IMG/VR virus record: IMGVR_UViG_3300034105_001195
Coordinates: 19,354-83,353 of that record
DNA length: 64,000 nt
Reading direction: 5' to 3' (one strand)
Origin: a virus
Shown: positions 50,168 through 58,818 of the stretch, one piece after another
How positions within the stretch are numbered: position 1 is the first letter of the stretch
Layout: each line of letters starts with the position of its first letter
Position numbers and translations under genes: made by a program
The notes under the pieces: generated by a model
Told to the model about the DNA's origin: nothing
Seen by the model: only the letters and a program-made list of their open reading frames with translations
The model's database searches: none

Positions 50168-50383
50168 ATGAAGATACAATACGTGTCTAAGTACCTTTCT
50201 CTTTCGGGAGAGGGCCTTGTTCCAGAGCTATTATGCCCAATGGATCAAGGCTCTCTTTATCCCAATCAGGACTTTGAAGAGAACATATTTTTATATTGCC
50301 TAACTTGCTCATACAAGAAAACAATCGGAATTGTCGACTATAATAATCTTGTAGCATTAGTAGAAAAGATCATCAATGAATAA
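50168..50383 (+). CDS. Small zinc-ribbon-like protein
   Basis: LCPMD...YCLTCSY. Confidence 0.6.
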   Translation: MKIQYVSKYLSLSGEGLVPELLCPMDQGSLYPNQDFEENIFLYCLTCSYKKTIGIVDYNNLVALVEKIINE

Positions 50384-50508
50384 AGAGCCCGAAAAAAGTG
50401 CGCCGAAAATAGAACAGCCATTTGCAACATATGAGTTTGAATCAACAGCTTTATTAGAAACTGACGCTATGGGGCGTGAGAAATTTTGGGAAGACTTAGG
50501 AAGAGAAA

Positions 50509-50706
50509 ATGACTGAAGAGACAAAGCCATCTGAGAACCTAGAAGACAATCTGCCTATGGTCAATTATATTATGCTTCACCGCATCTATGACATGATGAC
50601 TATTATGGCAAATAAAGCGGACCCTGAGAAAACAGCTAAAATGATTGAATACCATGAACAAGGATATCTCCTTGGACCTGGACCATCTTTTACTCCACCA
50701 GAATAA
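50509..50706 (+). CDS. Hypothetical protein
   Basis: 65 aa with an RBS; YIMLHRIYD. Confidence 0.6.
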   Translation: MTEETKPSENLEDNLPMVNYIMLHRIYDMMTIMANKADPEKTAKMIEYHEQGYLLGPGPSFTPPE

Positions 50707-50720
50707 GTCAACTAGAATGC

Positions 50721-50749
50721 TTGACATAGAAAATAACCTGTATTACAAT
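50721..50749 (+). promoter_or_regulatory. Near-consensus sigma70 promoter
   Basis: TTGACA-17 nt-TACAAT. Confidence 0.8.
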
Positions 50750-50755
50750 TAAGAT

Positions 50756-50850
50756 GTGTAGGTGATGGCGGCAACGTCTCCCTATATAATGTATAGCAAT
50801 ATACTAGAAAAGCCCATTCGGATCCGCCTCTGAATGGGATTTTTTCTTTT
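50756..50850 (+). ncRNA. Candidate small RNA
   Basis: Lies between the promoter and a terminator (CCCATTC...GAATGGG plus T-run); two GCAA-tetraloop hairpins; no plausible CDS. Confidence 0.55.
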
Positions 50851-51412
50851 TATAGATAGATATATATAATACGGGCAATATGGACATATAGTGCAATAAG
50901 TGCGAAAAAAGTGCTTCGGCGAAAGAAGAGCCATATTGTCATCTATGATCATTTTCAGAATATGCCTTATAAGCCCTGTAACAGGGTTCTAAGCCCTTAA
51001 CGGGTCATAATTGGTATCTCCGATAATAAGACCCCAGAAAAGGGCGGGAGAAAAAAGATGAGCTATTTAATCTGTATTACAATACCCAGTACATAGGTAG
51101 CTATTAGGACCAATGGAAGTAATATAAGGATTCTATATCTCTTCATGATCTATATCTTCATCTAGGTCAAAATCAAAGAAGTCTTCTTGTTGTCCCGCCC
51201 AATTTAAAAATTTAGACATAGCTACACCTGAGAAGACTGCTGTCGCAGTTAGCGTAATTAAAGCAAATATCTTCTTCATAATAATATTATACCATAATCC
51301 TAGTCAACTACAATATTCAATGCATGATCTGAACAGTAATAGATCATCTTACCTTCTAGCGTTAGCTTAGAAGTATATGATAATTTATCACAGTATGTAC
51401 AAAAGTTCATTT

Positions 51413-51712
51413 CTACCCTGCCTTCCGCATTTTTCTTATATGTGTTCTAGCTCTGTGGCAATTAGAACATACTACTTCACATTTGGCTATTTCTTCATCG
51501 ATTCGTTTCTTAGATAACGTATTGATTAGTTCCGCCACGTTTGCATGCTTTTGTCCACGAACATGATCAAAGTCCATCATATAGTATGGATAGGATATCT
51601 TACAATCCATACATGGGTTCTTTTCTTTTACTTCTTTTAAATAACGTGCCAGATGTTCTTTTTGTTTCTTGATCGATATCTTCTCTGGAGACATAAGACA
51701 ATTATATAACAT
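51413..51712 (-). CDS. HNH endonuclease-like protein
   Basis: PCMDC...MDFDHVRG...KCEVVCSNCHRART. Confidence 0.85.
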   Translation of the reverse strand: MLYNCLMSPEKISIKKQKEHLARYLKEVKEKNPCMDCKISYPYYMMDFDHVRGQKHANVAELINTLSKKRIDEEIAKCEVVCSNCHRARTHIRKMRKAG

Positions 51713-51736
51713 CTTATATCTAATTTGAGAGAATAT

Positions 51737-51898
51737 TTAGCCTTGGTAAACTATAGATGTATCAATTAGAGTTATATCACGAGATACTATATACCCGCCT
51801 GTTTGATCCAGAAATTGTTTTGCTGATGCTTGATCAGCTGCTAATACTTGTACAATCATTTCTACCTTGTAAGTAAAACATGAGCTTTGGTTTGACAT
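51737..51898 (-). CDS. Small hypothetical protein
   Basis: MSNQSSCFTYKVEMIVQVLA... Confidence 0.5.
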   Translation of the reverse strand: MSNQSSCFTYKVEMIVQVLAADQASAKQFLDQTGGYIVSRDITLIDTSIVYQG

Positions 51899-52211
51899 AT
51901 TAATCCTAGTCGACTGCTTTATCATATTCTACTAAATGTTAATAAAATATTTTTTTAGACTTATAGCCTTTATATTTGTTTTTATTTTTTTAATGATAAC
52001 TTCCAGAATTTAAGCATACAACCCCTATACCCCTTTTATGATTTCTAAAAGAGAACCCCGAAATGATCGGAGTATAAATCCGCCATTCATCGGTTGAACC
52101 TATAGTAGGCCTAGCTATTATCTGAAAGTAATTGTATAATACAACTTCCGTCATCATCGCACTTGGAGTTTAACCCCTTGATATTATCTCCGAAAACTGT
52201 CCAAGGTTTAC

Positions 52212-52241
52212 AGTATAGCATTTGGTATTTTCGCAAGTCAA
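52212..52241 (-). promoter_or_regulatory. Sigma70-type leftward promoter
   Basis: Minus strand TTGACT-18 nt-TATACT with a TGn extension. Confidence 0.65.
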
Positions 52242-52385
52242 TGGATCCAAGGAAATTCTTTTTCCCGCCCCCCTTTTTGAAATTTGAGAAAATGTTAATA
52301 TATTTTTAATTTGTATGATACACACTATTATAAATGTCCGTTTTGTCCGATAGTGCGCCCATAGGCTTATCGGGCTGAGCGTGAG

Positions 52386-52461
52386 TGTGATGCGACTCAC
52401 AAAAGTTTTTTACCGACACGCCCGAGAAACGGGCATAAATGTCAGTCCCCCCTGCTAGAAT
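52386..52461 (+). promoter_or_regulatory. Early promoter 1: CRP site + CGACAC + TGTCAG-N10-TAGAAT
   Basis: TGTGATGCGACTCACA 52386-52401; TGTCAG 52440; -10 at 52456. Confidence 0.8.
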
Positions 52462-52517
52462 AAATATATAAAGAAAAACAAGCGGTAAAGAAATCCGCTA
52501 AAGAAAGGAGCAATCAA

Positions 52518-52727
52518 ATGCTCACTCAAAATACACTAGACAAAATTGTCTATGAATATCAACACGGGGGCGTGAAGTCTAACCACCCCGAATTGACTAC
52601 CTATGAGCGAAAGGCGTTGCTAAAACACTTATTCTCTCTCCCTACCTATTGCTCAAATTGCCACGGCAAGGGCGAGGTCTATGTCGGAAATGACGAGGAC
52701 TTTACCATTGAGCCTTGTGTGGTATAA
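52518..52727 (+). CDS. Early hypothetical protein (Cys-containing)
   Basis: 69 aa with an AAGGAG RBS; CSNCHGKG. Confidence 0.7.
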   Translation: MLTQNTLDKIVYEYQHGGVKSNHPELTTYERKALLKHLFSLPTYCSNCHGKGEVYVGNDEDFTIEPCVV

Positions 52728-52783
52728 ATCACACACGACACTAGCCCAAAATGGGGCTAGATGTCAGTAGGTCGTGATAGTCT
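52718..52783 (+). promoter_or_regulatory. Early promoter 2: CRP-like site + CGACAC + TGTCAG-N10-TAGTCT
   Basis: TGTGGTATAAATCACA 52718; TGTCAG 52762. Confidence 0.75.
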
Positions 52784-52809
52784 TACGACATACAAATAAA
52801 TAAAGAATT

Positions 52810-52863
52810 AGAGCGTGAGCCTAGCAAATAATCCGAAAGGTGAGCCTAGCAAATAATCGCTCT
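52810..52863 (+). repeat. 19-bp direct repeat within a symmetric stem-loop (candidate RNA element)
   Basis: GTGAGCCTAGCAAATAATC at 52815 and 52840, closed by AGAGCG/CGCTCT. Confidence 0.75.
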
Positions 52864-52902
52864 CAACAAAATAACAAACTAACGAAAAGGATAGAAAATA
52901 AA

Positions 52903-53058
52903 ATGAAAATTACTTACTCAATATGGCAAGGTGCTAACCTACTTAGCGTAGATAACACCGCTAACAATGCTGATGAATTACTAGATGTAATGAAAGACCT
53001 AAACAAACTAGGTAAAAACTTTACCTACAATGTAAGAAAAGTAGAGGTAAATAACTAA
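52903..53058 (+). CDS. Early hypothetical protein
   Basis: MKITYSIWQG, preceded by an RBS. Confidence 0.6.
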   Translation: MKITYSIWQGANLLSVDNTANNADELLDVMKDLNKLGKNFTYNVRKVEVNN

Positions 53059-53240
53059 TGTCATACGCATACTCATACCAAACTAATAGCGTATCTAAAT
53101 GGGATACCATACAGAGCGATATAGCAGACGCATATCGCCACCTTGATGATGAAGAATTAGAGCAACCTCCCGTTGATGATTTTGATGATGTTGATGATGA
53201 AGAATTAGCGAGAGTATTCGCTCTCAGTTGGGATAACTAA
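53058..53240 (+). CDS. Early acidic hypothetical protein
   Basis: 60 aa, translationally coupled. Confidence 0.6.
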   Translation: MSYAYSYQTNSVSKWDTIQSDIADAYRHLDDEELEQPPVDDFDDVDDEELARVFALSWDN

Positions 53241-53242
53241 TA

Positions 53243-53422
53243 ATGATTACAGACGGATTTATATTAGAAATAAATAGCGACTACGGATTAGAATTAGATA
53301 GTTTCTTAGGTGCTATCTACTTACCTTGGCACACTATTATTATCACCGCTCTAGCGGTAGTAGCCTATAAGGCTTATAAGATTTATCTAAAGCGAAACGG
53401 ATTAGTGGGGTGGAAATACTAA
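53243..53422 (+). CDS. Small membrane protein
   Basis: 59 aa read manually; hydrophobic segment followed by basic residues. Confidence 0.5.
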   Translation: MITDGFILEINSDYGLELDSFLGAIYLPWHTIIITALAVVAYKAYKIYLKRNGLVGWKY

Positions 53423-53585
53423 ATGACTACTAATCGCATACTAACTACGCTAGTCCAATTAGGTATCGGTATTCCCGCCCTAATTATGCTCCGCCTTGTA
53501 TGGCGTGAGATGATCGAGGACACTAAGCAAATGTGGCGTGAATCACACTAGTTATTCGGCGTGTCGGCTTGACAAAGTCAAGCTG

Positions 53586-53647
53586 GCCCGCAAAGGCACG
53601 GGGTCGGGCGTGTCGTTACGCTAATGTTATAGAACCCCTTGAATTTT
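53586..53647 (+). repeat. Early-region scaffold repeat, copy 1
   Basis: GCCCGCAAAGGCACGGGGTCGGGCGTGTCGTTACG is identical at 54466; 27 nt are identical at 55912. Confidence 0.9.
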
Positions 53648-53723
53648 GTGAGGTTTATCACAAAAAAAGATTTCTTGAAACACGGCGTGTCGTGTTGATA
53701 ATGTCGGTGTGCTCGTGTATACT
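53647..53723 (+). promoter_or_regulatory. Early promoter: perfect CRP site + TGTCGG-N10-TATACT
   Basis: TGTGAGGTTTATCACA 53647; TGTCGG 53702. Confidence 0.8.
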
Positions 53724-54142
53724 ACCTACTATAACCACAACGAAAGGTCGATAAAATGACACTAGATGAATACAAGGCTTATGTAGAAGCCACACGCAAG
53801 GAAAGCCTATTGAAGGCTATCGCAACAATGTCAGAGGCTAATGATAAGATGTCCTCTCTATTCAATACTAAGGAGGCAGACTAAATGGGTTATGTAGAAA
53901 TCTTTCGCATAGATGATGAGGGTGCTGGCTGGGTAGATTTATCCGAAGCAACCCCCGATGAATTACTAGATTTAGAAATTGGTTTATTTCAGGAAGGTGC
54001 TATCTAATGAAAAAATACACATTTGGCGTTTGGCTAGACATAGACGCAGAAGATGAAGAAATGGCGTTATCTTTATTTGATAGCGTTGTGAAAAATGCTT
54101 TTGTTTCAGACTCTTATTGTTTTGAATGGAAAGAGGTCGCAG

Positions 54143-54337
54143 ATGAAATCGCAGTTTGAAAAAGATTTAGAAATCAAGGAAAGTTTTATTGATTTACTAA
54201 ATGACATTTACCCTAGCGTAAAGATTGGCTACTCTACTTTTACACCCGCCGAAATTTTAGAATGTTGCGACCCAGTAGCATTTGCGATTGGCTTAGTTGA
54301 ACACGAAGATTATTTAGCAGAAATGGAAAATGAATGA
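54143..54337 (+). CDS. Early hypothetical protein
   Basis: MKSQFEKDLEIKESFIDLLND...CCDPVAF. Confidence 0.6.
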   Translation: MKSQFEKDLEIKESFIDLLNDIYPSVKIGYSTFTPAEILECCDPVAFAIGLVEHEDYLAEMENE

Positions 54338-54465
54338 GCGACTTATTCGGATTTGAAAAAGCAATTCAATTAGATCATCTTAGCGATGAGCAAATAAATC
54401 AGCTTGAGGAAATCCTAAAAGATTTTCAATAACTAGCGGCGTGTCGCCTTGACAAAAGGTGATCC

Positions 54466-54527
54466 GCCCGCAAAGGCACGGGGTCGGGCGTGTCGTTACG
54501 ACAATGTTATAAAATCCCGTGAAATTT
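54466..54527 (+). repeat. Early-region scaffold repeat, copy 2
   Basis: 35-nt exact match to 53586. Confidence 0.9.
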
Positions 54528-54565
54528 GCGGCGTGTCGATTTGACAGACAAATCGGACATATTGA

Positions 54566-54651
54566 TGTGATTAGTATCACACGACTTGAGCGTCTCAGTA
54601 TTTGGACTTACTGGCTAGTAATGTGAAAATGTCAGTGGGTTCGTGTATAAT
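54566..54651 (+). promoter_or_regulatory. Early promoter: perfect CRP site + TGTCAG-N10-TATAAT
   Basis: TGTGATTAGTATCACA 54566; TGTCAG 54630. Confidence 0.8.
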
Positions 54652-54686
54652 TCCATACATAACAACAAACGAAAGAAGGTCTGCCA

Positions 54687-54896
54687 ATGGCTACCAAACT
54701 ATACACAATCGAAAGCCTACTTGTAGGACAAAACTATCGCTCACGAAATCGCCACTTTGAGGGTGAAATCGTATCTGCTCGACCACGCCCCGAAATTTGG
54801 TATGGCGATAAAACTGAAGCCTATCTAATCGGAATAAATTATCGTGGCTCAATAAAAACTCAATACGCAACTATTGCGGTGAAGGTCGGTGAATAA
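54687..54896 (+). CDS. Early hypothetical protein
   Basis: 69 aa with an RBS, directly after the promoter. Confidence 0.7.
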   Translation: MATKLYTIESLLVGQNYRSRNRHFEGEIVSARPRPEIWYGDKTEAYLIGINYRGSIKTQYATIAVKVGE

Positions 54897-55224
54897 ATGA
54901 AAAGTTTTTCATCTGATGTAATTGACCACAATGAATTTTATCTAATTCACGATTTGATATTTTTCTGTTGTGATGAACAACAATTCCGCCACTCTTGTAA
55001 AGAACACGGCGAGATTATGGGTTGCTATTATTGCGAATTTGATTACTCAACAAAATGCGAGTGTGATGAATAATGATAAACTCAGTAATGCGAATAGATT
55101 GCTCAGATTGTAATTCAACTGGTCTAATCTTTTTTGGCGATAACAATAATTTTGATGTCGAAACTTGCGATTGCGATTTCGGCAAAGAACAAGATTTATT
55201 TTTCAACTAACGAAAGGGAAACTA

Positions 55225-55431
55225 ATGTATAAAATAACTGTTGCTAATGATAGCGAGCCTATCCACTTTGTAAGAGAATACTCAGATGAATTAGAGGCTC
55301 ACACCGAATTCGCTAAGTATGTGGATTGGGGATTTGCTGATGAATACTCAACTGTAAATCTTTACACACCTAGCGGAAAATGCTACACGAAATTATTTTA
55401 TCGTGAAGGTAGAAGGGTCGTAGTAAAATGA
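55225..55431 (+). CDS. Early hypothetical protein
   Basis: MYKITVAND..., AACGAAAGGG leader. Confidence 0.65.
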   Translation: MYKITVANDSEPIHFVREYSDELEAHTEFAKYVDWGFADEYSTVNLYTPSGKCYTKLFYREGRRVVVK

Positions 55432-55587
55432 ACGGATACAAATTCAGAACTGCGCTTGCTAAAATTGCTCCTGATTACCAAATAGATGAGGATAATGACG
55501 GACAAATTATTATTTACACAAATCTAAAAGATGACGGAAATGATAACTATGTAGAGTTTGACCTAGACGAATTGGAGAACAACTAAA

Positions 55588-55779
55588 ATGATGACACGAA
55601 AAGATTATGTCGCTACCGCAGAAATTCTAAAGTATGCCAGCGACAAAACTCACCCCGCTTTATTTTCTAAAATCGTAAATGATTTTGCGGAAATGTTTGC
55701 GGTTGATAATCCGAGATTTGATGTAAAACGATTTCACGAAGCGAGTGGATACAATGTTCCTAAATTCACTTCAAGATAA
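55588..55779 (+). CDS. Early hypothetical protein
   Basis: MTRKDYVATAEIL...DNPRFDVKRF, a pattern common in phage early proteins. Confidence 0.7.
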   Translation: MMTRKDYVATAEILKYASDKTHPALFSKIVNDFAEMFAVDNPRFDVKRFHEASGYNVPKFTSR

Positions 55780-55885
55780 AGTAAAGCGAATTCAGGAATT
55801 GCGTCGCAGTAATGCGGCGCAACCTGTTCGCAATAAAAAGAAATACACACGCAAGATCAAACATAAGAATAAATATTCAGAGTAG
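55754..55885 (+). CDS. Small basic protein (43 aa)
   Basis: Manual translation MFLNSLQDKVKRIQELRRSNAAQPVRNKKKYTRKIKHKNKYSE. Confidence 0.55.
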   Translation: MFLNSLQDKVKRIQELRRSNAAQPVRNKKKYTRKIKHKNKYSE

Positions 55886-55940
55886 CGCATAACTATGCAG
55901 CTCGCCCCCATAGGCACGGGGTCGGGCGTGTCGTTACGGG

Positions 55941-56005
55941 TGTGATCAAAATCACCCTGGAAAGCTGGGCCAGGATTGGAATATGTCGGTCCATTCTGCT
56001 ATACT
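55941..56005 (+). promoter_or_regulatory. Early promoter: CRP-like site + TGTCGG-N10-TATACT
   Basis: TGTGATCAAAATCACC 55941; TGTCGG 55984. Confidence 0.75.
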
Positions 56006-56032
56006 TGCCATTCAACCAACGATTGAGGTCCA

Positions 56033-56752
56033 ATGAAACTGAAACGCTCTAACGATAGAAAGGTGGCTAACCTTGTCACAAAAAATGGAAAGCAAGCAGC
56101 AATTGCCAACACTTTCGGATTACCTGCTGGAAAAAATTTCTCGTGCCCTGGTGCCACTAGTATTTGTGAAAGCGTTTGCTACGCAGGAAAACTCGAAAAG
56201 TTATTCCCTGGAGTAAAAACTAATCTGCTACACAATTGGGAATTGCTACGCAATGCCGATATGGATACAATGCTTATTCTATTAGATGAGATGATTGTAG
56301 AATTTATCGCCGATTGTGAAAAGAAAGACGCTCCTAAGTTATTCCGTATACACTGGGACGGTGACTTCTTCAATGATACTTATACATATGCCTGGAAAGT
56401 AATTATTGAAAATCATCCCGATGTTCAATTTTGGGTTTATACTCGTGTAAAATCTGCAGCGCTTATTCTAAAGGATGTCTCTAACCTATCTCTCTATTAT
56501 TCTACCGACGATGATAATAAGGAAATCGGTCACGAACTAAAAGTAAATGAGGGAATTCGTCTTGCTTACCTAGGGAAGACATTCGCCGTGACTGAAAGCA
56601 CAATGAAAGAATTGACTGGCAAGCCTGGCGCTAAGTGTCCTGAAAATATGAAGAGTATTCCACTGATTAGCAATGCAGGGTCCGCCTGCGTATCGTGTGG
56701 CTTGTGCGTTTATGGAAAAGCGGATGTTAGATTTTCTGCGAGTAAAAAATAA
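56033..56752 (+). CDS. GP88-family (radical-SAM-like, Cys-rich) phage protein
   Basis: SCPGATSICESVCYA, FRIHWDGDF, FWVYTR, CVSCGLC. Confidence 0.75.
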   Translation: MKLKRSNDRKVANLVTKNGKQAAIANTFGLPAGKNFSCPGATSICESVCYAGKLEKLFPGVKTNLLHNWELLRNADMDTMLILLDEMIVEFIADCEKKDAPKLFRIHWDGDFFNDTYTYAWKVIIENHPDVQFWVYTRVKSAALILKDVSNLSLYYSTDDDNKEIGHELKVNEGIRLAYLGKTFAVTESTMKELTGKPGAKCPENMKSIPLISNAGSACVSCGLCVYGKADVRFSASKK

Positions 56753-56904
56753 TGACTGACATGATCGGATCTGCAATTGGAATTCTATTAATTGCATTCT
56801 TGTGCTCACCAATTGTGCTAGCCATGTACGTGTGGCGTGGTGCCAAGGTTGATAATAATCATGACGGTAAAGATGATGTGCCCTATCGTTGGGAGAAAGA
56901 ATAA
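56752..56904 (+). CDS. Small membrane protein
   Basis: 50 aa with an N-terminal transmembrane segment, then DNNHDGK. Confidence 0.5.
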   Translation: MTDMIGSAIGILLIAFLCSPIVLAMYVWRGAKVDNNHDGKDDVPYRWEKE

Positions 56905-56952
56905 CGGCGTGTCGAGTTGACAATTGTCAGCTCGGCCCCTATATGTAGGGGG

Positions 56953-56982
56953 TTATCCACAGGGTTACGAGAGTTATCCACA
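56953..56982 (+). promoter_or_regulatory. Two perfect DnaA boxes (direct, 21 bp apart)
   Basis: TTATCCACA at 56953 and 56974. Confidence 0.75.
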
Positions 56983-56993
56983 ACCCCTGAAAT

Positions 56994-57064
56994 TGTGAGT
57001 ATTATCACAAAAACTGCGACACGCCGAGGATGGATTAGGTAATGTCAGTGCCATACGCTATAAT
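56994..57064 (+). promoter_or_regulatory. Early promoter: perfect CRP site + CGACAC + TGTCAG-N10-TATAAT
   Basis: TGTGAGTATTATCACA 56994; CGACAC 57017; TGTCAG 57043. Confidence 0.8.
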
Positions 57065-57092
57065 TGCTACTATCCAACAACGAAAGGTAACA

Positions 57093-57317
57093 ATGTCTAA
57101 TCTAATCAAAGTTCCACACACAGTAGTATTCGAGGCAATAATTGACTTGGATAAAATTCCTGCAAGTTTATTGCCTGCGCTAATTGCGCTTGACGAAACA
57201 ACACTAAAGCAAATGTGCAAGGAAGCAACACTACACGCACTTGGTATGTCTAATGTATTACCACTTGCTAATGAAAACAATACTTGGGCTGAAGTAACTA
57301 TTGCGAAAGGAAACTAA
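57093..57317 (+). CDS. Early hypothetical protein
   Basis: MSNLIKVPH, after AACGAAAGGT. Confidence 0.65.
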   Translation: MSNLIKVPHTVVFEAIIDLDKIPASLLPALIALDETTLKQMCKEATLHALGMSNVLPLANENNTWAEVTIAKGN

Positions 57318-57319
57318 CA

Positions 57320-57586
57320 ATGGGATACAATACTGCACTAGATTTATCTAATGAGTTTGATTTAGAAGTAGCAATTGGCTATCACTTACAAGGTAATCAT
57401 TACCCGCCCGTTCCACTATCTATGGTCGAGCCTTGCATCGAGGCTATTGACGCCTATTGGGAAAATGACTACAACCGACAGATCGAAATGCCTGAAGGCG
57501 TATTCTATCGAGGCGAAAGGTTTGCACCTGCATCGGCTATTGTCGAACAGCACCACCTAGACGCTTGGCTACAAGAAAGTGACTAA
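57320..57586 (+). CDS. Early hypothetical protein
   Basis: HLQGNHYPPVP...HHLDAWL. Confidence 0.7.
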   Translation: MGYNTALDLSNEFDLEVAIGYHLQGNHYPPVPLSMVEPCIEAIDAYWENDYNRQIEMPEGVFYRGERFAPASAIVEQHHLDAWLQESD

Positions 57587-57653
57587 GGTCACACAATAAG
57601 TTTCTCAAATAGTGAGATAGGGCTAGACAAATGTCAGACCCCAATGTTATACT
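57578..57653 (+). promoter_or_regulatory. Early promoter: CRP-like site + TGTCAG-N10-TATACT
   Basis: AGTGACTAAGGTCACA 57578; TGTCAG 57632. Confidence 0.75.
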
Positions 57654-57680
57654 TACCACCTACACAGAAAAGAGGCAAAA

Positions 57681-57863
57681 ATGACAATCAACGACAAGTT
57701 GTATCAGGTTGGCGATTTATTCACCACCCTAAAGTCAAAAAAGACGGGCGTTATCAAAGAGATACACCCACAAGCATCTGGCTCGGTGCGTGTCTTGCTA
57801 GAAATGCCTAGCAAAGAAACTCGCTGGACTTCAGTATCTGCTAAAACACTTCTAGGCGCATAA
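57681..57863 (+). CDS. Small SH3/KOW-like early protein
   Basis: YQVGDLF...TGVIKEI. Confidence 0.6.
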   Translation: MTINDKLYQVGDLFTTLKSKKTGVIKEIHPQASGSVRVLLEMPSKETRWTSVSAKTLLGA

Positions 57864-57942
57864 CCTAGAACGAAACAGGGACAGTTTAGAGAGTGTTCTA
57901 GTCCAATGTCGTAAGTAAGAACTCTCCACCTTCGGGTGGAAA

Positions 57943-57964
57943 TGTCAGACCCCCCTGCTATACT
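57943..57964 (+). promoter_or_regulatory. Early promoter TGTCAG-N10-TATACT
   Basis: Exact motif upstream of the 58004 ORF. Confidence 0.75.
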
Positions 57965-58003
57965 ATCCATAACAACAACCAACCAACGAAAGGCAATAAA
58001 TAA

Positions 58004-58420
58004 ATGAGCAGACAAATCACAGTAAAGGTCGCAACGACCAAAGTAATCAAGGCACTAGAGGCTCGTCTAGCAACGCTAGAAAACGATTACAACACACAGA
58101 CCGCAAAGGAAGTAAAGTTCGGCAAAGCGCAAGAAGCGTGGCGCAAGGAAATTGGTAAGTGGGCTATTGCCAACTTCTCAAAGGCTGAGAACCTTCGCAC
58201 AAACTATCGTGCTTGGAACAACACTCTCAATGTTGATTTTGACATCATCACAAAAGAGGGAACTTTCCCTGCTGAACCTGAAAAGGATTTTGAGGTTATC
58301 CATCAGCATCAGTATCGTGAGATGAAAGAGGACATCACAAATGCCCTAACAATTCTCAAGATGACAGATGAGGAAACAGTAAATGCTTCCACTATGAAGC
58401 AAATTGCTAAGTATCTCTAA
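58004..58420 (+). CDS. Early hypothetical protein
   Basis: 138 aa with an AACGAAAGG leader. Confidence 0.75.
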   Translation: MSRQITVKVATTKVIKALEARLATLENDYNTQTAKEVKFGKAQEAWRKEIGKWAIANFSKAENLRTNYRAWNNTLNVDFDIITKEGTFPAEPEKDFEVIHQHQYREMKEDITNALTILKMTDEETVNASTMKQIAKYL

Positions 58421-58528
58421 ATAGGTTTTGGGGGGTTAGCACACAAAGTCTAGACACCTGAACCCAAACGACCTGAGTAAGTCGCCAAACTGCTCTCCTT
58501 CGGGAAACTACTAACAAAGGCAAAACAA

Positions 58529-58789
58529 ATGGCAAATCGCTATCGTGTCGAAATCTATGACGCAAACAAACTCAATGATGTAACAATTTATTCTGAGCAA
58601 GGTGTTGATAAGGAATACCTAACTGAATTAGTTTTTAGCAATCTAAATAAATTCAGCGGCAAAATAAATGCTTACGTTTTTGACAACGTAAAGAAAAAGA
58701 AGACAACCGCAATGTTCTTAGATGAATCTATTGTGAACTTCAATAAACAATTACTAAGCAAGGCTACAAGGATCGAATTCGGGAGTTAA
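58529..58789 (+). CDS. Early hypothetical protein
   Basis: 86 aa with an AAAGG RBS. Confidence 0.65.
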   Translation: MANRYRVEIYDANKLNDVTIYSEQGVDKEYLTELVFSNLNKFSGKINAYVFDNVKKKKTTAMFLDESIVNFNKQLLSKATRIEFGS

Positions 58790-58818
58790 TCCCGAGCTCG
58801 GCCCCCAATGGTGAGGGG

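Noticed and set aside
53586-55938. 35-bp repeats as a CRISPR array
   Set aside because: Copies are 0.9-1.4 kb apart with genes between them; there are no spacer-sized intervals and no cas genes in the window.
58430-58468. Second tRNA-like sequence
   Set aside because: No T-arm GTTC motif and no cloverleaf can be folded.
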